Shown here piece after piece: positions 33,969-44,546 of a stretch of 64,000 nt of DNA. Location of the stretch: positions 96,001 through 160,000 of the forward strand of contig JBDRJQ010000029.1 of the NCBI GenBank assembly GCA_043814765.1, given 5' to 3'. The translations under genes were made by a program, and so were the position numbers. Within the stretch, counting starts at the first letter, position 1. Every line of letters starts with the position of its first letter. Source of the stretch: Nanobdellota archaeon. Its GTDB lineage: Archaea > Aenigmatarchaeota > Aenigmatarchaeia > QMZP01. The notes under the pieces were generated by a model. The model was not told the origin of the DNA. It ran no database searches and worked only from the letters and a program-made list of their open reading frames with translations.

Positions 33969-36900
33969 ATGAATAGTTTATCTGGTACGGTAAGAGTTAG
34001 TGTTGCTGTAATAAGTATTTTTCTTTTTATTGCCCTCGGATTTTTGCTAATAAACATGGTGTCTGCGGATTACGGTGACGGCACCAATACAACATTCCAC
34101 TTTAATGCAACGTATTCTGCTAACGAAACCGGTTATAACATAACCAAGTACAACATCTCGGAAACCATGCAGGTGGTTATATACAACGACGATGATGCTG
34201 CCAACAGCGATCCGGCAACGATAAACACAATAAACGTTTCAGTGGAAAGCATAACTACCGGATGCAACATTAATTTGTATCTTTATGAAACTGGTGTCGA
34301 TACCGGTTACTTCGCAACGAACATAACTTTCAGTACGGCGTCAGGAAGCTGCAGCGCAGCTTCGAGAATACTTGAGGTTATTGAAGACGGAGAAGAGAAC
34401 GTTACCATAGTTTATCTTGATACCAACATGACGGGTTACAATTCAAGCAGTCTTGCTTTCAGAAACACTACGATAGTAAGCGATCAGTGGATAAAGGCAA
34501 ATTATAGTGTAATGAATTTTTCAACAATAGCACCAGGAAGCAGTCTTGTAAAGAACATTGTTTTCAACAACAGCGATCCTGATACTGAAAGCGGCCTTAC
34601 AGAAGCATTTACTCTTTACAAGGAATATGAGAAAAAATATAGCGGGGTTAACGACACTAAATATCTTTATTTCATGCTAACAAATAGGACTGATTATATT
34701 GTTTGGAATGTTACAAGCAACTCTACTGTACCAACTTTCTCTGTTAGATTGTATAACAGTAATGGTGTTCAAGTCAGTTATGGATTAAACAAAACGTACG
34801 ATATAACAATGACTGGAAATTCTTCAGAAGTATGGTATCTGAAAGTTATTAACAATAATACAGCAGCAACTTCTGGTGTAAACATCACTGTTGGCGTCTA
34901 TCTAAATACAACTGATTTCTTGAGCACTAATTTTGTTAGCGGTGCTACAAATTTCACCAATTCAAACACGACCATTAAGATGAATATGACTATACCTGCT
35001 TTGAGAGTGTATGGCGGGTTCCTAAACGGTACAATAAAATACTACAATGATAATTTCACTGTTAATGTTCCTATGATTGTTAAAATTTCTGCAGCAGAGA
35101 TGTGGACAGAAACAAACACTCTTTCACCGCTGTCAGTATGGCCTAACGGCACATATGTGTACAAAGTTAACAAATTTACTGATTCTAAAACTGATAACCT
35201 GAGAACAATAAAAATTTACATAAACAACACAGGCACTCTTGATTTGACAAATGTTTGGGTTAATGTGACAGGAAACTTCACCAACACCAGTAAATACATA
35301 AACATAACATTAATCAACAGTGCACAGAGCAACGGAAACATTACTGAAATAGGCGATTATAACTATATTGCTCTCGGTACAGTACCATCGAATAACAATT
35401 CTTACATCACTCTGACTTTCAACATATCAAATATAGCTAAGGGAGACTATGATACCATCTTATTGTTCAGTTCTGATAACGGACAGCCATTCACAGACTC
35501 TAACATGACACTAAGGCTTAACGTAACAGATGCCTTAACTGTGGTAGTCAATAACATAAACACATATAACTGGGACAATATATCGTCAACAAGTGATCCC
35601 GCTACAACAAGGTTCAGTGGCAATGTTACAGTAGAGATGACAGTAAAATACACAGACGGAACACCAGTAACAACTTTTGATAAAACTAATTTGACTATTT
35701 TTGATGATTACACAGGTGTTTATGTCTCAATGGCAAGCACTTCAATAGGCTCGTTTGTTCATTCCGGTAGTGGGATCTACAAGTTCAACATCACTGCACC
35801 TGCAAGAACTGCTGGTCACGCACAGCATGGCAATCACAATCTAATACTGCAGTTAAAAGATGATTACGTGAACAATGGAAACGCAACTACAACTTATAAT
35901 ATGACAGCACCCGACCCATACACTTCAATGTCTGTAAGTGATAGCAGCTTGAATCTTGCTGTTGTGGAAACAGCTGTTCTGACTGTTACATTTGGAAACA
36001 GTGGCACTGAATCAGCATATAACATGACTGTTTCGGTAGCTAACAACGGTACTGGTGTGACTTTGGATAAAACAGTATGCAGGATGAGTGTAAACTTGAA
36101 TTCAACACTGAGCATAGGAGCCGGTGAAACCAATACTACTGTTTGTAAAATAACGCTCACTCCCACAGCAGTTGGCGATTATAACATATCAGTAAGCACA
36201 GTTGGTGCAAGAGACGCATACGGCAATGATTATAATACCACGAACAGACCATTCCAGATTGTGCATGTAACACAGGCTTCTTCTAGTAGCGAAGAAGCGG
36301 AAGAAGGCGGTGAAGGCGGTGGAAGCAGTACACCTGCGCCTTCTCTTTTAATAACAGACTATCCTTCTTCCATGGAAATCCTTTTAGGAGAGAGTTATAC
36401 AACCACTGTTACAGTAAATAACACAGGCGAAGTAGCAGGCAAGGTTAAATTAAGCGTTGAATTGGCTGGCATAGAAACTGACATCACGCCAACAGAAACA
36501 ACAATATCTTCTGGCGACAGTAAAACATTCGAGGTTGAGATAACTGTACCGGATACCTTTGATATAGGCAATCATGCAACGAAATTTAAGGCATATGTAT
36601 CGCTTGATACGAGTATTTATGATACAGCAGACTTTACGCTCACAGTATTGCCAACAGAAGAGAAGAAACAGGAAATAAACCAGTCATATTATAATTATGA
36701 ATATCAATTAAATGGTTTGATTGATGATTTTAATGACCTTGTTGCGCAAGGAAAATTATCACAAGAAAACATAACTCATATTGAAAACCTAATAAACCAG
36801 AGTGGAGGTTTGCTAGATAATATATTAGCCGCAATAATCACAGAAAACTATATAACAGCAAACGATTTAATGAATGATCTAAATGCAACACTCAATAACA

Positions 36901-37397
36901 TAGCATCTGCTCTTGAGCAATTTGAAGAGGAGGAACAGACGTTTGCACCAATATGGATGTGGGTTATAATAGGATTGATAATGGCTGGCGGAGCAGGCTT
37001 CCTGATATACATGCTAATGCCTCCATCAAAAGGTTATGATATAAAATACGGATACAACTCACCGAAGAAAGAAACAATAATGTTCAGATTGAAGAACTTG
37101 AAGAACAAGTTAACTCGAATGCCTGGCAGAAAGATTGATGGCGGATTAATATCTAGTGCTAAGCATACAAAAATATTAAAGAAACTGGATGATAAAAAGG
37201 ACAAATCCAAAGCAAAATATGTTTCTGGTTATGAAAAGGCTGCTCCAACTGATTATAGTTTCGAACCGCCATCCGGATTAAAAGCAAACTTAATAAGTAC
37301 ATTGAACAAGATAAAAGGTAAAGGTGCTCAACAGGGTGGGTTGTATGAGTTCGTCAGTAAAAAACCAAAGGTAGACACCAAGAAAAAGAAGAATTAG
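33969..37397 (+). CDS. Large cell-surface glycoprotein (Ig/CARDB-like domains, C-terminal TM anchor, basic cytoplasmic tail)
   Basis: Signal peptide, very many N-x-S/T sequons, VxNTG Ig strands, TM WMWVIIGLIMAGGAGFLIYMLMP. Confidence 0.85.
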   Translation: MNSLSGTVRVSVAVISIFLFIALGFLLINMVSADYGDGTNTTFHFNATYSANETGYNITKYNISETMQVVIYNDDDAANSDPATINTINVSVESITTGCNINLYLYETGVDTGYFATNITFSTASGSCSAASRILEVIEDGEENVTIVYLDTNMTGYNSSSLAFRNTTIVSDQWIKANYSVMNFSTIAPGSSLVKNIVFNNSDPDTESGLTEAFTLYKEYEKKYSGVNDTKYLYFMLTNRTDYIVWNVTSNSTVPTFSVRLYNSNGVQVSYGLNKTYDITMTGNSSEVWYLKVINNNTAATSGVNITVGVYLNTTDFLSTNFVSGATNFTNSNTTIKMNMTIPALRVYGGFLNGTIKYYNDNFTVNVPMIVKISAAEMWTETNTLSPLSVWPNGTYVYKVNKFTDSKTDNLRTIKIYINNTGTLDLTNVWVNVTGNFTNTSKYINITLINSAQSNGNITEIGDYNYIALGTVPSNNNSYITLTFNISNIAKGDYDTILLFSSDNGQPFTDSNMTLRLNVTDALTVVVNNINTYNWDNISSTSDPATTRFSGNVTVEMTVKYTDGTPVTTFDKTNLTIFDDYTGVYVSMASTSIGSFVHSGSGIYKFNITAPARTAGHAQHGNHNLILQLKDDYVNNGNATTTYNMTAPDPYTSMSVSDSSLNLAVVETAVLTVTFGNSGTESAYNMTVSVANNGTGVTLDKTVCRMSVNLNSTLSIGAGETNTTVCKITLTPTAVGDYNISVSTVGARDAYGNDYNTTNRPFQIVHVTQASSSSEEAEEGGEGGGSSTPAPSLLITDYPSSMEILLGESYTTTVTVNNTGEVAGKVKLSVELAGIETDITPTETTISSGDSKTFEVEITVPDTFDIGNHATKFKAYVSLDTSIYDTADFTLTVLPTEEKKQEINQSYYNYEYQLNGLIDDFNDLVAQGKLSQENITHIENLINQSGGLLDNILAAIITENYITANDLMNDLNATLNNIASALEQFEEEEQTFAPIWMWVIIGLIMAGGAGFLIYMLMPPSKGYDIKYGYNSPKKETIMFRLKNLKNKLTRMPGRKIDGGLISSAKHTKILKKLDDKKDKSKAKYVSGYEKAAPTDYSFEPPSGLKANLISTLNKIKGKGAQQGGLYEFVSKKPKVDTKKKKN

Positions 37398-37440
37398 AAA
37401 GTAATAAAAGCATTTAAAGTTTATTCTGTTTTCTATTTTA

Positions 37441-37869
37441 ATGCAAAGAAATGTTTATGAATTTTCTCAAAGCAGGGAATTAGAAGAGCTTGTGGATTCG
37501 ATTCCAGCGGAATGGAACTATTTTGATATCTCCTTATATGTGAGGGAGAATATGCGAGCTGTGACAGACATGATGATAGGAGATATCTTTCCATCTAAGA
37601 TAAAAATTATAAACGGGTTATATAATCACTTACATTATGATTTTGATGAAATAACCAGCCTTGTAAAAAAGGCGCTTAGGTTTGGTTATCACGGAAGTGT
37701 TTCAATTGGTAAATATCATGATGCGCATGAAATTGCATGCTTCAATCTGGAACTTTCTTTTGAAAATCAGCTATGCGTATATTATGATGAAGAATGGGGA
37801 GGCACCTTCGAAGATATTAGGCCCATAATAAAAAGGGCAAAATCTCTTGGGCTGGAAACATGCGAATAA
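37441..37869 (+). CDS. Hypothetical protein
   Basis: 142-aa ORF filling the gap, TATA-like TTTAAAG upstream. Confidence 0.6.
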   Translation: MQRNVYEFSQSRELEELVDSIPAEWNYFDISLYVRENMRAVTDMMIGDIFPSKIKIINGLYNHLHYDFDEITSLVKKALRFGYHGSVSIGKYHDAHEIACFNLELSFENQLCVYYDEEWGGTFEDIRPIIKRAKSLGLETCE

Positions 37870-37889
37870 TAAAAAATTAGAAGATAAGA

Positions 37890-39701
37890 TTATCTTCTAA
37901 TTATACTTTCTATAATCCTTGCATATGCTGGACGGGTTATCAGAATGCCAACTAACACACCTACAATGGTTGTGATTGCGAAGCCCCTTACCAGTCCTAT
38001 ACCAAAGATCATTAGTGGAACCATTGCTGCTATCGTTGTTGCCGCTGCACCAAAGATTATAAAGAAGGCTCTCTTGATTTTATCTTTCATATCATAAATC
38101 ATCTCATCTTCTTCATCCTTTTTACGGCTGGATAGAGTTTCGTCTGCTATGATTATCTGGTGATCTACTCCTGTACCTATTGCTGCTATGATACCTCCTA
38201 TTGCAGGAAGATCTATGGTCCAAGACATCATGCCTAATAGCGGAATAAGCAAAACACCAATCCATCCATATATGTCTATTGTTTGTTTCTTCCACCAGGC
38301 CATTAAGACTATTGATATGTTAACCAGCATAACTATGCTCCATATGTAAGCATCGTTTGCTGCAGCAATGCCAATTATAATAACAACTTCTGAAAATCCT
38401 ATTAAAACCATAGGCAGGGATATTTTAATTCTCCTGTATCTGACAAATGTTATAACTACAACAACTATTCCTCCAAACAGTGCAGCTATCATTGCTGATT
38501 GGAAGAAATCCTCTCCCAGTGTTGGTGATATTATATCCACAGATTCTGTTACAAGTGTGGTTGGAAGCGCTCCTGATCTTAGTATTGTTTGCATTCTTAG
38601 TTTTTCGTATGTGGCCTCATCCAATGTTTCCCTGCTTCCTTGTATCTGTGGAGTATTGTATATTCTGCCTGCCAAATCAGAGCCTATGTTAAGCTCTGAA
38701 ACAAGCTGATTATCTAAATATAAAAATATCTGTGAATCTATGTACTCCTCTCCTGATTGAAGATCTATGTGTTTTGGAATTGCTGTTGTAACATCTGAAA
38801 ATCTTTGAGCTCCGTTCTGAGATACTAAAATAACAAAGTAGAAACTGAATCCATTTTCAATCGGTCTTACTCCAGATCTCTGTGGATCCGAGTAAACTAG
38901 TTCTATATCTTTACTGGTATAAGTTGTTGCAAGTAATATTAACTGTTCTTTTGATGCATTAAGATACTGGAAGTCTATATCCTTGAGTTTAAATGTACCA
39001 AGCGGCTCAACAACCTCTTCTACACCGTCTATCTTTACAGAATTATCTGAAAGGACGGATACTGGATATTTTTCTTCACCTAGCTGTATGGTTCCTTTTT
39101 TATCAGTTAGCAATATTGGTTTAGAGACCCTTGCTTCAAAACTTCCTTGCCTGGATAAAAGATCATCTACAACATCCTTACTGACTCCGGCTGCCTCTAT
39201 CTGAAGAAAATAATTGCCCTCCAACCCTCTTATGCTGAAAAATCTCATCTCTTTTAAACCGTATATGTTAGCTCTTGTTTGCAGAGTAGCAATAACCTGG
39301 TCTATCATATCCTTTGTTGCATTTTCCTTTGGTTTGAGTATTATCCTTGTACCGCCTTTGATATCCAAACCAAACTCAAGATTGGTCTTATCTATATCGC
39401 TAACATCTATGCCAAGATTATCACTTATGTTAAACGTGTAAGACTTTCCATTGGCAGTAAGGTCAACTGAGTCTGGTATGTCTCCTATTACTTTTTGCCA
39501 ATCAGCCAAATCCTTTATGTTCTGACCATTGATTTGCTTAATTACCATTCCCTGTTCAAGAATATCATGAGCTGGAGAGTCTGGTGATATATAATTTATT
39601 TCCACGCCGTCTCTTCCATACGGGTAAGCTTTTAATCCTATTGCTAAAAGAGAGCCGAGAACGCACACTACAAGCACTATAATACGCCAGTATTTCAGCA
39701 T
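37890..39701 (-). CDS. secD: Protein translocase subunit SecD (with PDZ-like insertion)
   Basis: FGLDIKGGTRIIL, LRSGALP, ISPTLG, GTGVD, GFAITTIVGVLVGILITRPAY. Confidence 0.92.
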   Translation of the reverse strand: MLKYWRIIVLVVCVLGSLLAIGLKAYPYGRDGVEINYISPDSPAHDILEQGMVIKQINGQNIKDLADWQKVIGDIPDSVDLTANGKSYTFNISDNLGIDVSDIDKTNLEFGLDIKGGTRIILKPKENATKDMIDQVIATLQTRANIYGLKEMRFFSIRGLEGNYFLQIEAAGVSKDVVDDLLSRQGSFEARVSKPILLTDKKGTIQLGEEKYPVSVLSDNSVKIDGVEEVVEPLGTFKLKDIDFQYLNASKEQLILLATTYTSKDIELVYSDPQRSGVRPIENGFSFYFVILVSQNGAQRFSDVTTAIPKHIDLQSGEEYIDSQIFLYLDNQLVSELNIGSDLAGRIYNTPQIQGSRETLDEATYEKLRMQTILRSGALPTTLVTESVDIISPTLGEDFFQSAMIAALFGGIVVVVITFVRYRRIKISLPMVLIGFSEVVIIIGIAAANDAYIWSIVMLVNISIVLMAWWKKQTIDIYGWIGVLLIPLLGMMSWTIDLPAIGGIIAAIGTGVDHQIIIADETLSSRKKDEEDEMIYDMKDKIKRAFFIIFGAAATTIAAMVPLMIFGIGLVRGFAITTIVGVLVGILITRPAYARIIESIIRR

Positions 39702-39703
39702 AA

Positions 39704-40555
39704 TTAAGCATTGACCCCCTTTCTTTCAACATACCATCTCAAAATTACACTGTTCTGCAACCACGTGTTTACAATGTCAATAACTAAGCCTATAAACAAA
39801 ACCATTGCTATCTCTGTTAAAATTGGAGACACATTGAACAATATTATAACAACTAGCACCCCAAGTGTTGTGATTGTCATTGTGAGGCCAGTCTTCATGG
39901 CATTTTTCAGTTTTTCTATGAGTTCTCCGCCTGTTTTTAACAGCCTCGTAGTAAGCATGATGTCTGTATCAACAGAATATCCTATAAGCATCAGAAGTGC
40001 GGCCATTCCCGCCAAAGACAGCTCTATACCGAAAACCTGCATCAATGCCAGTGTAATAACAATATCAGATAGCGCGGCCAGTATAACTGCGATAGATGGT
40101 ACACCTGTTTTGAATATAGCAAAAACAATTATTCCCATCATAACAAACGCTATTATTATTGCTAACTGCATCTGCTGCCAAAACGCTTCGCTAAGGGCAG
40201 GACCTATAGTAGCAATAGAAAACCCGGTTACGGAATAGGAATTTTTTATTTGGTTTAGCATTGCTTCAGAATCTACGTTCTCATCAGCTTCAACCAGTAT
40301 CTTATAGCCAGAAAAACTTCTTATCTCTCTAACTGATAGTTGTCCAAAATTTGATGATAACTCGGACTCTAGTGTGTCTATATCAATAGGAGCCTCAATG
40401 GATACTGTTAATAATGTTCCTCCTTTGAGTTCAATAGATCTGGCAAACCATTCACCTGTTTGAAAATAACCGCCAACCAATATTATTACAGATACCGCTA
40501 GAAGCATTATAGGAACTGCAATAAACGGCTTGTAGTTTTTGAAAAAGATATTCAT
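39704..40555 (-). CDS. secF: Protein translocase subunit SecF
   Basis: SIELKGGT, IGPALS, LMLIGYSVDTDIMLTTR. Confidence 0.94.
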   Translation of the reverse strand: MNIFFKNYKPFIAVPIMLLAVSVIILVGGYFQTGEWFARSIELKGGTLLTVSIEAPIDIDTLESELSSNFGQLSVREIRSFSGYKILVEADENVDSEAMLNQIKNSYSVTGFSIATIGPALSEAFWQQMQLAIIIAFVMMGIIVFAIFKTGVPSIAVILAALSDIVITLALMQVFGIELSLAGMAALLMLIGYSVDTDIMLTTRLLKTGGELIEKLKNAMKTGLTMTITTLGVLVVIILFNVSPILTEIAMVLFIGLVIDIVNTWLQNSVILRWYVERKGVNA

Positions 40556-40630
40556 TTGGTATCGCCTTCTTTAATACAATATTATCAAGATGGTATAAAT
40601 GATTTAAATACGCTATGCTTATTCCTCTCT

Positions 40631-41677
40631 ATGCACGATGTAATTATTATTGGAGCAGGGCCAGCAGGGCTGTATACAGCCAAACTCTGCAAAGAAGCAG
40701 GAGTCAAGATTCTAGTGCTGGAGGAGCATGATAAAATAGGCGAACCAGACCATTGTTCAGGTTTAATATCAACAAACCTAAGGGATTTCATTGAGATAAA
40801 GAGTTCTTGGTTGGATCATGAGGTAAAAAGAGCCATAATCTATTCCGGAAGCGGTAAAAGTGTTGAGCTGAAAAAGCCTTCTACAGCTGCGTACGTTATA
40901 AATCGCGCAAAATTTGATAAGCATCTTGCTGAAGGGCTAGAAGACGCTATAATGTTAAACACTCATGTAACAGGCATTGAAGTAAATAAGGATTTTGTTG
41001 AAGTAAAGACCAATAGAGAAAACTACAAATCTAAGATGATTATTGGAAGTGATGGCAGGAATTCTGTGGTAGCAAAACATTTTGGCACAAAACCGGCTGA
41101 ATTGATTAAAGGTATAATCGCTATAACTAAAGAAAAAAACAGTGAAGATTCTGTTAAACTATGGTTTGATAAGAAAAATGCTGAAGATGGGTTTTTGTGG
41201 AAAATACCGCGCAAGGAAACCACTGAATACGGTATGATGGCATCTTCTGCTGATTTTGATAAGCTTGAAAAATTCTTTAAAATCAATTCGAGTTATGACA
41301 AGAAAGGAGCGTTAATACCAATAGGGCCAGCAAAAACGTTTTTTGAAAGAGCACTTCTGATTGGGGATTCTGCTGGACATGTTAAGCCATGGAGCGGTGG
41401 TGGGGTTGTTTATGGTTTCACTTGTGCAAAAATAGCGATTAGTGTAATAAAAGAAGCTCTTAAGAAAAATGACTTCTCTGAAAAAGCCTTGAAAAGATAT
41501 GAGAATGAATGGAAAGAAGCCATAGGTAAAAACATAACAGCTGGTTTGATGTTCAGGGAGTTCTATAAAGACGCAAGCGAAAAGGACATAGAAAGTTTTT
41601 TTGAGTTTGTGCAAAAACTAGGAGATGTAAACAGTCTGAATATGGATTTTCCAATGCTAAGCGCTATAGAATTTTAA
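40631..41677 (+). CDS. Geranylgeranyl reductase family flavoprotein
   Basis: IIGAGPAG, HCSG, INRAKFDKHLA, FLWKIP, IGDSAGHVKPWSGGG. Confidence 0.85.
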   Translation: MHDVIIIGAGPAGLYTAKLCKEAGVKILVLEEHDKIGEPDHCSGLISTNLRDFIEIKSSWLDHEVKRAIIYSGSGKSVELKKPSTAAYVINRAKFDKHLAEGLEDAIMLNTHVTGIEVNKDFVEVKTNRENYKSKMIIGSDGRNSVVAKHFGTKPAELIKGIIAITKEKNSEDSVKLWFDKKNAEDGFLWKIPRKETTEYGMMASSADFDKLEKFFKINSSYDKKGALIPIGPAKTFFERALLIGDSAGHVKPWSGGGVVYGFTCAKIAISVIKEALKKNDFSEKALKRYENEWKEAIGKNITAGLMFREFYKDASEKDIESFFEFVQKLGDVNSLNMDFPMLSAIEF

Positions 41678-42078
41678 TCAACTATCGCAAACTTGAATCC
41701 GTAGTGTATCAAGCCGTCATTGTTGTCTTCTGTTATCTTTCTGAAAACTGATTTGACTCGTTTTCCTATTTTCACGTTTTCTATGTCACCGACAACTTGC
41801 CCTGATATGCTTGAGCCCTCGTCTAGTTTTATTATAGCCACTGCATAAGGAGCGTATTTTTCAAATCCATCCGGAGCAACTCTGATGACAGTGTAAGAAA
41901 ATATCTCACCGTTTCCGCTAAATTTAAACTTTTCTGGTTTACCCTTTCGTCTGCAATAAGGACAGAGTATAACAGGCGGGAAAAATACACTGTTGCATGT
42001 AGTGCATTTTGTACCTGACATGCTGTATTTAGCATCCCTTAATCTCCAAAATAATGGAACAGATGATTTATATGGCAT
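41674..42078 (-). CDS. DUF35 Zn-ribbon/OB-fold scaffold protein
   Basis: CTTC...CPYC, GEIFSYTVI, GLIHYGFKF; follows thiolase and HMG-CoA synthase. Confidence 0.93.
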   Translation of the reverse strand: MPYKSSVPLFWRLRDAKYSMSGTKCTTCNSVFFPPVILCPYCRRKGKPEKFKFSGNGEIFSYTVIRVAPDGFEKYAPYAVAIIKLDEGSSISGQVVGDIENVKIGKRVKSVFRKITEDNNDGLIHYGFKFAIVD

Positions 42079-42082
42079 GATA

Positions 42083-43243
42083 TCAAATCTCCTTGTCGAG
42101 TATATGTACTACAGCTGTTGCTCCACTGCCCCCAACATTCAAAGCTAAACCGGTTTTTGCGCCCTTAACCTGCAGCGGACCGTACTGCCCTCTAAGTTGT
42201 TTCATTATATCTATTATTTGTCTAATTCCAGTTGCGCCAACTGGGTGCCCTATAGACTTAAGACCGCCAGCAGTGTTGATTGGTTTTTCTCCGTTTATTG
42301 CTATTTTACCATTTTCAACAAACATTCCTCCCTTACCCTTTTCACAAAAACCAAGGTCTTCTATTGATATAATTTCGTTTATTGAAAAACAATCATGAAC
42401 TTCTACAACATCTATATTTTTTGCTTCAAGACCAGCTTCTTGGTATGCTTGTTTTGCAGCATATTTTGTAGCCAGCATTTCTGTCAGACTCTTTCTGTTA
42501 TGCAGAGCCAGTGTATCTGATGCTTGTCCAGAACCTTTAATCCAAATTGGATTCTCAAAACGTTTTGCAATCTCTTCTGATGCCAGAACAACAGCAGCCG
42601 CTCCATCAGTTATTGGCGAACAATCAAGCAACCTAAGAGGATCAGCAATCAATGGTGATTTCAAGACCTTTTCCACTGTTATTTCATAAGTATATTGAGC
42701 ATTTGGATTAAGAGCTCCATTTTTGTGGTTATTCACGCTAACCATTGCCATCTGTTCTCTTGTGGTTCCAAACTCTTTCATATGCCTCTGGGCCATGAGC
42801 GCATAGAGCCCTGTAAAGGTTAAACCAACACTGCTTTCCCATTCCTGGTCACCCGCGCCCATAAGCGTAGACAAAGCTGCTGTTCCTTTTACATCTGTCA
42901 TTTTTTCTGCGCCAGCAGCTATAACAATATCATACTTGCCACTCTGTATTGAGAGCAGTGCTTGCCTAAATGCCAATGCGCCTGATGCACAGGCTGCTTC
43001 TACTCTCGTTGAAGGTATGGGTATAAGGCCTGATTCGTCTGCAGCAAGAGCTGCAAGATGTTCTTGACCTATGAAATGCCCAGAAGACATATTGCCCACA
43101 AACATGGCTTGGATGTCTTTTCCCTCTACTTTTGCATCTTCCAGTGCCAATATGCCAGCTTCTGTGGAGAGCTGTCTGAGCGACTTACTCCAATGCTCAT
43201 CAAACTTTGTGTATCCTCCACCAATAACAGCAACTTTTCTCAT
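42083..43243 (-). CDS. Acetyl-CoA acetyltransferase (thiolase)
   Basis: EAACASG, DCSPITDGAAA, EVHDCF, GHPVGATG. Confidence 0.95.
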   Translation of the reverse strand: MRKVAVIGGGYTKFDEHWSKSLRQLSTEAGILALEDAKVEGKDIQAMFVGNMSSGHFIGQEHLAALAADESGLIPIPSTRVEAACASGALAFRQALLSIQSGKYDIVIAAGAEKMTDVKGTAALSTLMGAGDQEWESSVGLTFTGLYALMAQRHMKEFGTTREQMAMVSVNNHKNGALNPNAQYTYEITVEKVLKSPLIADPLRLLDCSPITDGAAAVVLASEEIAKRFENPIWIKGSGQASDTLALHNRKSLTEMLATKYAAKQAYQEAGLEAKNIDVVEVHDCFSINEIISIEDLGFCEKGKGGMFVENGKIAINGEKPINTAGGLKSIGHPVGATGIRQIIDIMKQLRGQYGPLQVKGAKTGLALNVGGSGATAVVHILDKEI

Positions 43244-43253
43244 ATCAAATTTC

Positions 43254-44291
43254 CTAGAGTTTTAATTTTCCTCTTAGTTTTGCATAGGTTCCGTAATCTA
43301 TATTGTGTTTGTTTTTAAGATAGTACTCTGTTTTAGGAGCATTATCTCTTCTCTCTAATATTTTATCTGTAACCATGAATGAAAACGAATCCGAACCTGC
43401 CCCAGAACCGTATGAAGTAACAAGAATTCTGCTTCCTGGTTTTGCTACATCCAAAACAGTAGACAATCCAACAGGACTAGCTCCTGAATAACAATTGCCC
43501 ATTCTTTTAACAACAAGTCCTTGCTCAAGCTTTTCTAAAGGAAATCCTAAATCTTTGCAAACAGTTGTTGGGAATTTACCATTAGGCATGTGAAACACAA
43601 CATAATCGAAATCATCCTGTTTTAATGAAAGCTTTTCCAAAAGGCCTTTTGTTGCAGATATTACATGATTAAAATAAGCTGGTTTTCCGGTAAACCTTGC
43701 ACCGTGTTCAGGATATTGTTGGCCTTCTCTGCGCCAGAAATCGCTTGTATCACTGGTGTAAGAATACATGCCTTCAATTTTAGCTGCAGGATCTTTGCCT
43801 ATAATAAACGCGGCTCCTCCTGCTGCTGCAGTATATTCCAGAGCATCTCCTGGCTTTCCTTGAGCAGTATCTGCTCCTATGGCAATACCATACTCTATTT
43901 CGCCTGCTTTTACAAGACCGTAACAGCACTGAATTGCTGCTGTTCCTGCCTTGCAGGCGAATTCAAAATCAGCCATCATAAGGTTGGTTGAAAGTCCGAG
44001 TGTTTGAGCAACAACTGTTCCGCTAGGCTTAACAGCGTAAGGATGGCTCTCAGACCCTATATATAATGCACCAATCTTAGCTGGATCGATGCCTGCGCGC
44101 AGTAGCGCATTGCGTGCGGCTTCTACGCTTATTGTTATGGTGTCCTCGTCCATAGCAGGCACGCTCTTTTCATCTACGAGCAGACCTTTTCTTAGTGCCT
44201 GAGCGTCCTGTCCCCATACCTTTGCTATTTCATCTATAGTTATCCTGTATCTGGGAACGTATGCACCATAACCTACAATACCAATATCCAT
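43254..44291 (-). CDS. Hydroxymethylglutaryl-CoA synthase (archaeal type)
   Basis: [37 protein letters not shown]. Confidence 0.96.
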   Translation of the reverse strand: MDIGIVGYGAYVPRYRITIDEIAKVWGQDAQALRKGLLVDEKSVPAMDEDTITISVEAARNALLRAGIDPAKIGALYIGSESHPYAVKPSGTVVAQTLGLSTNLMMADFEFACKAGTAAIQCCYGLVKAGEIEYGIAIGADTAQGKPGDALEYTAAAGGAAFIIGKDPAAKIEGMYSYTSDTSDFWRREGQQYPEHGARFTGKPAYFNHVISATKGLLEKLSLKQDDFDYVVFHMPNGKFPTTVCKDLGFPLEKLEQGLVVKRMGNCYSGASPVGLSTVLDVAKPGSRILVTSYGSGAGSDSFSFMVTDKILERRDNAPKTEYYLKNKHNIDYGTYAKLRGKLKL

Positions 44292-44546
44292 ACTCAATTA
44301 CCTGTCCACTCCATTAAAAACGATTTAGATACACATTATTGAACATAAACCTTTTAAATTAAACCTTTTAGAGCTTTCGCTTCTACAAAAGGTCTTGTCT
44401 CTTCTCACATGAAATGACGAGGGACAATCTCCAATTCTATGCACTGTAAGATTGGATTTAATCCAAAACTATTTAAACCTTGAAAACATGCTTCGACAAT
44501 CATAATTGAGGTATTTAAATTTATTAACCAACTACAAAGAGATATC

